NCBI GenBank assembly: GCA_963693365.1
Contig: CAVNZM010000023.1
Location: 1 to 64,000, forward strand
Source: Amoebidium appalachense
Taxonomy: Eukaryota > Protista > Ichthyosporea
Direction: 5' to 3'
Length of the DNA: 64,000 nt
In this document: positions 27,400 through 38,023 of the stretch, in pieces
Layout of the letters: each line of letters starts with the position of its first letter
Position numbering within the stretch: position 1 is the first letter of the stretch
Made by a program: the position numbers and the translations under genes
Notes under the pieces: generated by a model
What the model was told of the DNA's origin: nothing
Seen by the model: the letters and a program-made list of their open reading frames with translations, nothing else
Databases searched by the model: none

Positions 27400-27445
27400 T
27401 GTTGAAGTGCGTGCTGTGTGTCACAGTGTGTGTGCGTGTGTGTGT

Positions 27446-27488
<43 letters not shown>

Positions 27489-27817
27489 CGTGCGTGTATG
27501 CGTGTCACAATAACGGTGCGTGCACGTGTAGTCTATTTTGATCTACGGTGTGTGTGGGTGGGCGGTGTGTATATGGGTGTATATCATGGTGTGTGTCTGG
27601 TGTGCACGTGTGTGTGTGCGCGCGCGTGTGATTTAATTGCGTGTGTGTGTGTGTGTGTGTGTGCACGTTTGTGTGCATCTTTGTGTGTGTGTGTGTGTGT
27701 GTGACTGTGTGTGTGTGTGCACGTGTGTGTGTGCACGAGAAAGAGAGATTGAGAGTGGGTGTGTGGGTGTGTGTGTGTATGTGTTTGTGTTTCTGCCGGT
27801 GCGTCCTTTTTTTTTTT

Positions 27818-27858
<41 letters not shown>

Positions 27859-28973
27859 AGGGGGGAAGGGTGTTGATAAACACTCTTCCCACGGCAACTT
27901 GGGACAGAAAGAGTTTCTTTGTAGATGGGTGGTCATATGGTTTTAGACACTTGACCAAAACAAAAATTGCAGGGTGGGGGTTCCACCCTAGTGGTACCGT
28001 GTGGGCATGTTTCATCCACAACGCAGGCAGGCTCGGAGAAAAAGACATGGGTATGGTTGGCTCCCCTACCTTGGGGGGAAATCACCATACGCCCATTTCC
28101 AGAAGGACACTGCACCACCTGCAAGCAATTGAAAACTGTCAGCATGTGTGTTTGTTTTGCACATTCAGTGTGTGTGTGTGTGTTGAGTGTATGTGTGTGC
28201 AGCATGTGTATGTGTGTGTATGTGTGTGTGACTGTGCTTGTGCGGAGTGTGCGTGTGTGCACGTGTGTGGGTTGTGTGCCTGTTATTGTGTGTGTATGTG
28301 GGTGGGTTTGTGTGCGTATGTACACGTGTGCAGACGCTTTTGCCTATAAAAGAACGTGTGCGTTATGTGCGTGCCAGCAGACAAGTGTGTGAGCAAGCTT
28401 TGCTTGCACGTGTTTATGACTTGTCAACATTCAAGTGTGTGCGTATGTGTGCGCACGTGTGTGTGTGTGTGTGTGTGTTTGTGTTTGTGGGTGTGGGTGT
28501 GCAATGTGTGTCTGTGTTTTTCTTTTTGGTTTGTGGTGTTTGTGGTATTCTGTTGGTGCTTATGCTTGCCCATGTGTACGCATGTCATGCACGTTTGTGT
28601 ATGAGTGTGCATGCGTGTGTGTATGAGTGTGGCTTGTGTGTGTGTCTGTGTGTGTCACGGTGTGTGTGTGTGTGTGTGAACGAGTGTGTGAACGTGTGCG
28701 GATCTGGTTGCCTGCACGTGTGTGTATGTGTGCATGGTGCGCATGTGCACGTGTACCCATGTGCACGCGTTTCAGTCATGCACGTGTGTGAATGTGTGTG
28801 CAGGCGTGTGTGTCTCTTTGTGTGTGTATGTGTGTGTGTGTGTGTGTGTGTTGTGTGTGTGTGTGTAGTGCATGTGCACGTGTGAATGTTTGCCCATGCG
28901 CGCGCATTCCAGTCAAGCACGTGTGTGTATGTGTGTCCAGGCGTGTGTGTCTCTTTGTGTGTGTATGTCACTG

Positions 28974-29014
<41 letters not shown>

Positions 29015-29216
29015 TGCATGTGCACGTGTGAATGTTTGCCCATGTGCACGCATTTCAGTCATGCATGTGTGTGTATGTGTGTCCAGGCGTGTGTGTCTCT
29101 TTGTGTGTGTATGTCACTGTGTGTGTGTGTGTGTGCGCGCGCGTGTGCACGTGTGCGGATCTGGGTGCCTGCGTGTGTGTGTGTGTGTGCATGTGTTCAT
29201 GTGTTCATGTGTGCAA

Positions 29217-29286
<70 letters not shown>

Positions 29287-30075
29287 ATCTTTGTGTGTGT
29301 GTGTGTATATGTGTGTGACTGTGTGTGTGTGTGTGCACGTGTGTGTGTGCACGAGAAAGAGAGATTGAGAGTGGGTGTGTGGGTGGGTGTGTGTATGTGT
29401 TTGTGTTTCTGCCGGTGTGTCCTTTTTTTTGTGTGTGTTTTTTTTGTGTGTTTGTGTGTGTGTGTTTGTGTTTGTGGGTTTGGGTGTGCGTGGTGTGTCT
29501 GTGTTTTTCTTTTTGGTTTGTGGTGTTTGTGGTATTCTGTTGGTGCTTATGCTTGCCCATGTGTACGCGTGTCATGCACGTTTGTGTATGAGTGTGCATG
29601 CGTGTGTGTATGAGTGTGCATGTGTGTGTGTCTGTGTGTGTCACGGTGTGTGTATGAGTGTGTGTGTGTGAACGAGCATGTGCACGTGTGCGGATCTGGT
29701 TGCCTGCACGTGTGTGTATGTGTGCATGGTGCGCATGTGCACGTGTAAATGTTTGCCCATGTGCGCGCGTTTCAGTCGTGCACGTGTGTGTATGTGTGTG
29801 AAGGCGTGTGTGTCTCTTTGTGTGTGTATGTGTGCGTGTGTATGTGTGTGTGTAGTGCATGTGCGCGCATTTCAGTCATGCACGTGTGTGTATGTGTGTC
29901 CAGGCGTGTGTGTCTCTTTGTGTGTGTATGTCACTGTGTGTGTGTGCGTGTGTGCGCGTGTGCACGTGTGCGGATCTGGGTGCCTGCACGTGCGTGTGTG
30001 TGTGCATGTGTTCATGTGTGCAAGTGCGTGTGCGTGTGCGTGTGTGTGTGTGTGTGTGGGTGTGTGTGTGGGTGT

Positions 30076-30108
<33 letters not shown>

Positions 30109-30130
30109 TGCGTGTACGTGTGCAGGTATA
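27400..30130. repeat. Complex (TG)n-rich low-complexity region with internal duplications
   Basis: TG/CA microsatellite mosaics; for example 28480-28900 is similar to 29460-29860. Confidence 0.85.
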
Positions 30131-30579
30131 TGTGTAAGTGTGCTTGTGAGTGTGTTTGCGTGTGTCTGTACAAATCCGACGTTTCATGCAGGAAGGAAAA
30201 CCCAAAACGCAGAATTTCTAACGCTTCATGGGGACACAAGCAATTACACACCTGAAATCCAAAAGCAGCGGCGGCGTTGGGTGTCACATTGACACATGTC
30301 ATGTTGCCAGCCTGATCGGACACATCTGAAGCAACCTGAGGTAATGAGAACAAAAATCACTCCCTGGTTCACATAAAAACGTGACACGAGCACACACAGG
30401 CAGGTAGATAATGAAACGACGGCATACATTGGCTTCTACTTATACAGACTAAGATGCTCATTGGACTAGGCATGTACCTGTGGTGCTGCCGAAGGTGCAA
30501 CCAGCAGCAGCACAAAGAGCACGAGCGAGAAGACCACGCCCAACGCCTTACGCGGCGTTCCTTTCAAAAAACCCCCCAT
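27933..30579 (-). CDS. Putative small secreted Cys-rich protein (3 exons, ~123 aa)
   Basis: Exon 30579-30478 reads [34 protein letters not shown], signal-peptide-like. Exons 30335-30252 and 28118-27933 follow, all phase 0 with canonical GT-AG. The 3' end is uncertain. Confidence 0.5.
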
Positions 30580-31169
30580 TGCTTCTATTAGTATCCGCAG
30601 TAAGTCGGTCGACCACTATGCAAAAACAAAACGTTTTCTTCAAGTTGCGCTCCGACGTCTGGTCAGGCTCCAAACATCATGATCACGGAAACGGTATTTT
30701 TACCGTGCTTATGCTGTTCTTTTGCCAGGTATCAGCGCTAAACCGGAAATTTCGATTCGCAAATCAAAGTACACTCAAATACATTTAAAGCTCCCAACGA
30801 AATATTGTTCGAACCCATATTTACCTAAATAACAGATGTAATATAAACTAAATGATTCCCGATTTCGCTGACAGGGTAACAATTACTATCTAGTTGCCGC
30901 GCGCCTGGAAGCGAATCCAATGCGTTATCTCTCATTCCATTGACCCAGGAGCCAATCCAATCGAGTTTTTGAAAGTGGTTTTTGCCCATTGGACTAGTCA
31001 CGTGGCCTGGTAACTTTGAGATCACACCACACCAAACCATCTCCGATCCGATCGCGATCAATCTATTTCCTACTTCCCACTTTTACCACTTAAAAATTGA
31101 AAAAGAGAAAAAAAAAAGAGACAAAACAAACGATACAGCATTACCCACTTCTAAGTGGGAAAGTGGCCA

Positions 31170-31540
31170 GAGAGAGAGAGAGAGAGAGAAGAGAGAGAGA
31201 GAAAAAAGCTAAGTCTACACGAGAGAGAGAGAGAGAAGAGAGAGAGAAAAAAGCTAAGTCTACACGAGAGAGAGAGAGAGAAAAAAGCTAAGTCTACACG
31301 AGCTAAGTCTTGACCCGGGCAGGGGGGGGGGGGGGAGGGGGGGGGCAGGTGAGGCAGGGGGGGCACGTGAGGCAGGGGGGGCACGTGAGGCAGGAGGGGC
31401 AGGGGGGGCAGGTGAGGCAGGGGGGGCACGTGAGGCAGGGGGGGCACGTGAGGCAGGAGGGGCACGCGAGGCAGGGGGCACGCGAGGCAGGGGGCACGTG
31501 AGGCACGTGAGGCAGGGGGGCCGGGGGCCGGGGGGGGGGG
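31170..31540. repeat. Junction repeats: (GA)n-AAAAAAGCTAAGTCTACACG x3 and G-rich GCACGTGAGGCAGGGGG array
   Basis: Directly visible; the last host-like low-complexity block before the intronless region. Confidence 0.8.
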
Positions 31541-31767
31541 GTTTATTTAGAAAATATTCACCAAACATATCGAGTAACAACACAATGAAACTTTTACATA
31601 TATATATATATATATATTGACAAGCCAAGTCGATATAAGAAACAAGCACAGAAACACATATGCATACTAATAGAAGCCGAATCTACTGTTAAGACTAAGA
31701 ACACGCATACATCGACACTAATGACATGATTTACATCCGTGTAACGCATCGTAAAGCAACACAAAAC

Positions 31768-32926
31768 CTATTCATCAGGCTTTGACTCGTCTTCGATTCT
31801 CTTCTGCCAGGCCGCAATTTTAGCCTGTTTAGCCTGCTCCTCTGTCAATATATTCTTCTTTACCAGTTTACAAATATTCTTGCAAGTATCCATATATTCA
31901 GAAAATGCACGTTTTCTACTCTCTGGGTTATTACAGTCGGCAATGTTGTTGGGTGCGGGCGATTGGGGCGAGGGAGCCGACTTAGACTTCTCAGACTTCT
32001 TGGGCTTAGACTTCTTGGGCTTGGAGTGCTTTTGAACACCGGCATTCGCGATCTTCCGAAGTGCCTCGGCAGTCCCGGGGGGGGGTCTTGCCCACCCATG
32101 GAATCGCCAACTTGCGGCCAGTGGTCTTACTGATCCCATTAGAGACGACGGGCTGAGCGACAGGCGGACGATCTTGAGTGGTGTCATCGTCAGAGGAAAC
32201 ATCGATCGAAGCGGTTTGGGGGGCGGCGATTGGATGGCGTGACTCGACAAAGATCGGATTGCCCAGTTCATCGAACCGCGAGGCTGGCACATCGATAACC
32301 ACGTTGTCCTGGCTCTCACGATTCTTCTGCATAAGACTGTAGAACTCTTTGAGACAGATAGCCCCCTTGTTGTCATCGTTGTCATCGTTGTCATCGTCAT
32401 CAGATGAAGACGAAGACGATTCGGTATCAGACCTACTACTGGAGCTCCTTGCCGAATTGTGATCACCCGCCTTAGTATCATCTGGGTCTTGCTCGGCCAT
32501 CTCGGTGTCGACATCTTGAGGCGGAACCATGGGGGCGACATCTTGAGGCGGGGCGATGGGGGCGGCACCCATAGACTGGTCGAGATCACCGGCACGTGAT
32601 TCGACATTCCGAGCAATCTTGGCGTTGCGGTTGCTACTCTTGCAGTAAGAAACGATGGCGGTCCTCAGACTCTCTTCGTCTTCTGAAGTGAAACCCCTCG
32701 GGTATTGCGGTATCCCTTCAGGTAACATACACTTGATAGCAGAAAGGATTTCCTTGAGCCCCTCGTCGTGGGTATAGTCGGCAAAAGTAGCCATCAGATC
32801 ACGGACAACACATCCGAACCCAGCAACGCGCACAAGGTTTTTGACATTCCTAGGAATGGCAAGGGCCGCCTCGATTGCAGCACCATCAACCCCCAAGTCG
32901 TAGTCTCGAGAGCTAAGGTTAGACAT
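31768..32926 (-). CDS. Hypothetical protein with acidic and Lys-rich tracts, frameshifted at G9 run
   Basis: ORF 32006..33109 (likely ATG 32926) joins the C-terminal part of ORF 31768..32616 across the G run at 32077-32085 (VGKTPP/PGTAEALRK). Confidence 0.6.
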
Positions 32927-33160
32927 GTTGAAAACAGCCTCGTTGAGAGCTAGAGTAGATGTGAAGAGAAAGCTGCGACTGTAGGATGAGCATACTGACA
33001 CACACGCAACACTTCTTATAGCCAGGAGACACACAACGTAGCGACAAAAACAAAGTATCAAGAGACATCCATTAATTGGACCGCCCGGTTTAAGATTGTT
33101 GTACACCAATCACAGAAGGAGGATAAAATAACAAAAAAAACAACAACAGAAATATCACAC

Positions 33161-34340
33161 ATCAGATTGCGCGTTCGACACGATAGGGTCTTCGAACTCT
33201 TGACCACACGACCACGCCCCAACCGCGCGTTCCGATTTGTCGCCACACAGAACTCGTTTCCGTCCCACCAATCGGATTGCGCGTCCGACACGACAGGGTC
33301 TTCGATGATGCTCCTACTCTTGACCGCAGTCCCGTCACCACGACCACGCCCCAACCGCGCGTTCCGATTGGTCGCCACACAGAACCCGTTTCCGTCCCAC
33401 CAATCGGATTGCGCGTCCGACACGACAGGGTCTTCGATGATGCTCCTACTCTTGACCGCAGTCCCGTCACCACGACCACGCCCCAACCGCGCGCTCCGAT
33501 TTGTCGCCACACAGAACTCGTTTCCGTCCCACCAATCGGATTGCGCGTCCGACACGACAGGGTTTTCGATGATGCTCCTACTCTTGACCGCAGTCCCGTC
33601 ACCACGACCACGCCCCAACCGCGCGTTCCGATTGGTCGCCACACAGTACCCGTGTTTCCGTCCCACCAATCAGATTGCGCGTCCGACACGACAGGGTCTT
33701 CGATGATGCTTCTACTCTTGACCGCAGCCCCGTCACCACGACCACGCCCCAACCGCGCGTTCCGATTGGTCGCCGCACAGAACCCGTGTTTCCGTCCCAC
33801 CAATCAGATTGCGCGTCCGACACGACAGGGTCTTCGATGATGCTTCTACTCTTGACCGCAGCCCCGTCACCACGACCACGCCCCAACCGCGCGTTCCGAT
33901 TGGTCGCCGCACAGAACCCGTGTTTCCGTCCCACCAATCAGATTGCGCGTCCGACACGACAGGGTCTTCGATGATGCTTCTACTCTTGACCGCAGCCCCG
34001 TCACCACGACCACGACCCAACCGCGCGTTCCGATTGGTCGCCACACAGAACCCGTGTTTCCGTCCCACCAATCAGATTGCGCGTCCGACACGACAGGGTC
34101 TTCGATGATGCTTCTACTCTTGACCGCAGCCCCGTCACCACGACCACGCCCCAACCGCGCGTTCCGATTGGTCGCCACACAGAACCCGTGTTTCCGTCCC
34201 ACCAATCAGATTGCCCGTCCGACACGACAGGGTCTTCGATGATGCTTCTACTCTTGACCGCAGCCCCGTCACCACGACCACGCCCCAACCGCGCGTTCCG
34301 ATTGGTCGCCACACAGAACCCGTGTTTCCGTCCCACCAGA
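33161..34340. repeat. 132/134-bp tandem repeat array (~9 units)
   Basis: CCAATC(G/A)GATTGC recurs at 33268, 33400, 33532, 33666, 33800, 33934, 34068 and 34202. There are no unique spacers. Confidence 0.95.
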
Positions 34341-34423
34341 CTAGCCGATTGGCGTGTCTGTTACGAGACCAATAATTTGTCGCTCGGGCGGTGTCGATAT
34401 TTTCACAGCAATGATAAGCAGAA

Positions 34424-35404
34424 ATGTCAACCGACAACGAAGAAATTCTAAGCGGAATTCGGAATTCACTGAGCGCCACACACGATGACATCGTCAGATT
34501 GTTATCGAAAATGCCAAAAGAAAGCGACACCGCTGGATCGGGAACAGTTGGGGGTGGCACTGATGTCGACGACCCAAACAAAATAGACGACATTAAAAAT
34601 ATAATAAACATGTTTAACAGAACCTCCACACAGACACTCAAAATTTTGAACCATTTCACGACGATGGCTGCTCATTTGCAACCAGGCACAACAGAAAAAA
34701 CCAAAGACGATCCACTCGAGAAGGGATTGGAAAATATCATGTCGCAAATAAGCAATGCGATCAAGCTCTTAAATAATCAGAACAGGCTTATAAATTCATT
34801 ACAAGAGACGGAAAAGGATAACATTAGGCTTCACCACGAACTCGCCAATTACAAAAGACTCTACCAGGAAAATAACGAACCCCAACAGAAAACGGCCACA
34901 TCGAGGGACCCAAACATCCATAGAATTGCATTTCTGGATGTACACGGCGGCCGCGTATTCACACACGGATCGTCTCCGTGGATGACATACGACGGGACAG
35001 TTCACGGGGCAATATCTTCAGGACTGATCCACTTCTCTGGAGACAAACAGAGCCCCTGTTGGACCGTCAAGGGTGCTTTTGAAGGCACATATGTTGCGTT
35101 TCCACTGCACGACTGTGGAACGGTCACGGCCGTCAAATCCGGCTCGACAACAATCTCAAAAACACTGGCGAGATGCGAGTCTTTCTTCGACGACAAAGCA
35201 TTTGCATGTGCATCCCTCAAGGCATACCAAGTGACACTCGCGTCAAGCCGAACAATCGCGACTCTCACGACAAATTTCTTTGTCGGCCACGAACGCAAGC
35301 TCGACCCGTACGCACAATCCACAACACAAACGCAACACACACATAGCTGCCCTGCAAGGGACGCCGCACCCACCCGAGGATACATCGAATCAGTGGTCAT
35401 ATGA
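34424..35404 (+). CDS. Hypothetical protein (coiled-coil N-terminus), 326 aa
   Basis: Long intronless ORF with normal composition; no motif recognised. Confidence 0.65.
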   Translation: MSTDNEEILSGIRNSLSATHDDIVRLLSKMPKESDTAGSGTVGGGTDVDDPNKIDDIKNIINMFNRTSTQTLKILNHFTTMAAHLQPGTTEKTKDDPLEKGLENIMSQISNAIKLLNNQNRLINSLQETEKDNIRLHHELANYKRLYQENNEPQQKTATSRDPNIHRIAFLDVHGGRVFTHGSSPWMTYDGTVHGAISSGLIHFSGDKQSPCWTVKGAFEGTYVAFPLHDCGTVTAVKSGSTTISKTLARCESFFDDKAFACASLKAYQVTLASSRTIATLTTNFFVGHERKLDPYAQSTTQTQHTHSCPARDAAPTRGYIESVVI

Positions 35405-35490
35405 GACTAACCCATTATTTTACTTGCTATTATCGAGCATGCACGGAACGGGGAACAACACACAGATACAGATACAGTTTATATATAATG

Positions 35491-35629
35491 TTTGATGGAT
35501 ACAAACTTTGGCAGTGCTGGCAAACAGAAGCAAAGACTATGAACCGTCGACACATGTCGGTGTGCAATTACATATCTTAGTGCCAACACCGAAACCAAAT
35601 GACAGAACACGGTGTGTAAATTGAATACT
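35491..35629 (-). repeat. ~140-bp dispersed element, inverted copy at 62148-62287
   Basis: Reverse-complement match with scattered substitutions. Both copies lie just 3' of a gene in the same sense relative to it. Confidence 0.85.
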
Positions 35630-35708
35630 AATAAGCGAGCACGAAAGCAAAAATAGCCAGCTGTGTAGCTTCAAATCGTTAGTACACCGGGCAATAGTAG
35701 CCCACACA

Positions 35709-37019
35709 TCACTCGATCTTCCACCGAAAAACCTGAAAGATACTCCCTCCATCGGCGGTCACGTGTGCCCCCAAAACAACGAATCGACTGGCGACACTCA
35801 TGGTCAGCGCGTGCACGACACCATCCAGAAACACGCGATGCTGGCTGACAAGACGCACCACATCGTCAGCGCCGACTTCGTATATCAGCACATCGCTATC
35901 CCCTCTACTGAAACCCAGGCGACCAACATACAATCGGTCGCCCCCGCGGCACAACACCGTCCTCTCGTACATATCCACCCAACAAGTACATAACGCACGC
36001 TTGGCAAAGTATCGATGTGTGGGCTCGAGGGGTGCCTTTGAACAGAATGCACACCCGACTTCATCACCGCACCAATGAGGTCTACAAGTCGTCAGCATAT
36101 CCACTCTGCATTCCCCAAGAAGTCGGCCGTCCCGCAGACCGATCGCGTCCACCACCGCGAGCGTCCCGTCCTCACCTGGCGCATGATTGTGGTACAGAAC
36201 ACGGATATCGACACTCGACACCGACAACACCCCCATCGCGCCCATCCACCCACCCAGACAGACACTCCAGTTCCGCGCACCCGTGACCCAATCAACCGAC
36301 ACAACAAACGTCGATCCTCGCTCTCCCCGACACAACACAACAAGTGAGTCGCCCACAGAACACGGATGCTCGGAGACCACATGTCGGTCCATCGACCAAA
36401 GCGGCAACCCGGGTCCTTTCCCAGCCCCGGCAGTACCGGTCCCATATCCCCGGAGCTGCGGACAGGCCCAGTCACCCAGATCTGGGCTGCTGTGGATCAA
36501 AAATACCACGACCCCGTGGCGACCGCTGTATCCAACGAGACGCGCACCGGTTACATCGAACGGCAGCAAGACGTCCAGCGCGAGTATGTCACCCGACGCG
36601 GCCCCAACCCGCCTATCCGCGTTTGCACTGCCCGGTGACGCGCGCAGCAACGCTGATTGGCCAACGCCAGGTTCCGCGCGATGGCGATTAACCAACGAGA
36701 TTGTACATTTGCCCCACACAACAAACGTCGGATAATCGACTACCAGCACGACGTACGCTGTGGTCAACTCGCAAAACCGCGCCAGACCAGCGCTCGCGAA
36801 GCCAACGGGGCCCGTCTCAAGGCTCCACCTCTCGACACCCCCAAATGGATTGTAGGCACGGGGTCGGGCTAGGAACACGGAGGCTCCTTCGACAGGATGG
36901 TTGAAAAAGCACAGCGGCACACAACTCGCCCCGGTCGTCGCAAAACGCATCTTGGGGTTCACACGGACAAATCCAACCAATGATCGAAACGTCGGGCTCG
37001 CGGTCGATGACATCGTCAT
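35709..37019 (-). CDS. Hypothetical beta-rich protein, 436 aa
   Basis: Long ORF rich in Val/Gly/Trp, possibly a propeller; not identified. Confidence 0.6.
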   Translation of the reverse strand: MTMSSTASPTFRSLVGFVRVNPKMRFATTGASCVPLCFFNHPVEGASVFLARPRAYNPFGGVERWSLETGPVGFASAGLARFCELTTAYVVLVVDYPTFVVWGKCTISLVNRHRAEPGVGQSALLRASPGSANADRRVGAASGDILALDVLLPFDVTGARLVGYSGRHGVVVFLIHSSPDLGDWACPQLRGYGTGTAGAGKGPGLPLWSMDRHVVSEHPCSVGDSLVVLCRGERGSTFVVSVDWVTGARNWSVCLGGWMGAMGVLSVSSVDIRVLYHNHAPGEDGTLAVVDAIGLRDGRLLGECRVDMLTTCRPHWCGDEVGCAFCSKAPLEPTHRYFAKRALCTCWVDMYERTVLCRGGDRLYVGRLGFSRGDSDVLIYEVGADDVVRLVSQHRVFLDGVVHALTMSVASRFVVLGAHVTADGGSIFQVFRWKIE

Positions 37020-37142
37020 TTATAATCGTCGATGACGCAAGCAGAACAAGACTCGATGACGCAAGCAGAACCAAGACTCGATGACGTAGGCACCACGACA
37101 TCGCCGAAAACACCACAAAATATTATGTGTGTGTAATAGCAA

Positions 37143-37568
37143 ATGGGAAAACCAAACACCGAGATCTCCAATGTAGAGAGCTTGAAGGGCGTTTTGCGTG
37201 ACTATGCAACCCTCCACGCACAGATCAAGGAGCACGCGGCACAGACAAAACCTGTTACCAAGAAAATGAATACTATAAAGAAGGCAATTCTGAAGTACAT
37301 GTCGTCTGGAAATGTCAGGTCACTCGAGCTTCCCACGAAAGACCTTCTGATTCTTCAAGAATCAATCAAAAAGCCACAACTAAGCGAACAGTATCTCCGC
37401 CGTCAGCTTGAAACGTACTTCAAGGACACGAAAAAGGCCAACGACCTGGTATCCTTCCTGACTGCCATACCGGACAAAGACCTCGCCACAAAGCAATCAC
37501 TCAAACACGTCGACAAGGACAACTATATAGAAACAGATTCCATCCTCGACGACGGCGACTCGGAGTAG
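37143..37568 (+). CDS. NCLDV-type conserved small coiled-coil protein (DUF5760-like)
   Basis: The pattern L..Y..L..QIK...IL.YM...NV..L.L...K..LS...L...L..YF....KA..L..FL and the size resemble this giant-virus family (recognised by eye). Confidence 0.6.
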   Translation: MGKPNTEISNVESLKGVLRDYATLHAQIKEHAAQTKPVTKKMNTIKKAILKYMSSGNVRSLELPTKDLLILQESIKKPQLSEQYLRRQLETYFKDTKKANDLVSFLTAIPDKDLATKQSLKHVDKDNYIETDSILDDGDSE

Positions 37569-38023
37569 AACGTCCGACCCGAGAGACTCAATAAAGCAAA
37601 ACAACATACCGATGCATCTTCCAACGTGATACGATTGAGCAACCAATCACAGCACGGGAATCTTTTAGCCCAAAACACTTGCATGACGTCTAGCCAATTA
37701 AAATAACAGAAAAGCAATTTGTAGATATATGACCAGTGGTTGAAGATCAGCGATCCAACAAGTCAAGAAAAATGCGAGACATTTCGACAAACCAATCATT
37801 AATGACACATGGCAACAGCCCATTTGTTGGCTGAATATCATCCAATCACCGATTTCCTATCGAAATAACGATTGGTTGTTGGTTCATCGGAAGTGAACGA
37901 TTGGCTGCGCGACTCTTTGATAAAGAAAAAAACGTACAAAACCCAGCCCTGGCCAAATAAGCTGCCACAATGTACTAAATCGCTAGGCCGAAAATGCGTA
38001 AGAATTCGTAGACTCCGCGAGAT

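Noticed and set aside
9200-30200. Dozens of HT/CV/poly-P/poly-G ORFs
   Set aside because: Translations of (CA)n and poly-C/G tracts in introns and intergenic DNA.
33161-34340. CRISPR-like array
   Set aside because: Whole units repeat with no unique spacers and there are no cas genes. The same holds for 58125-58451 and 62455-63115.
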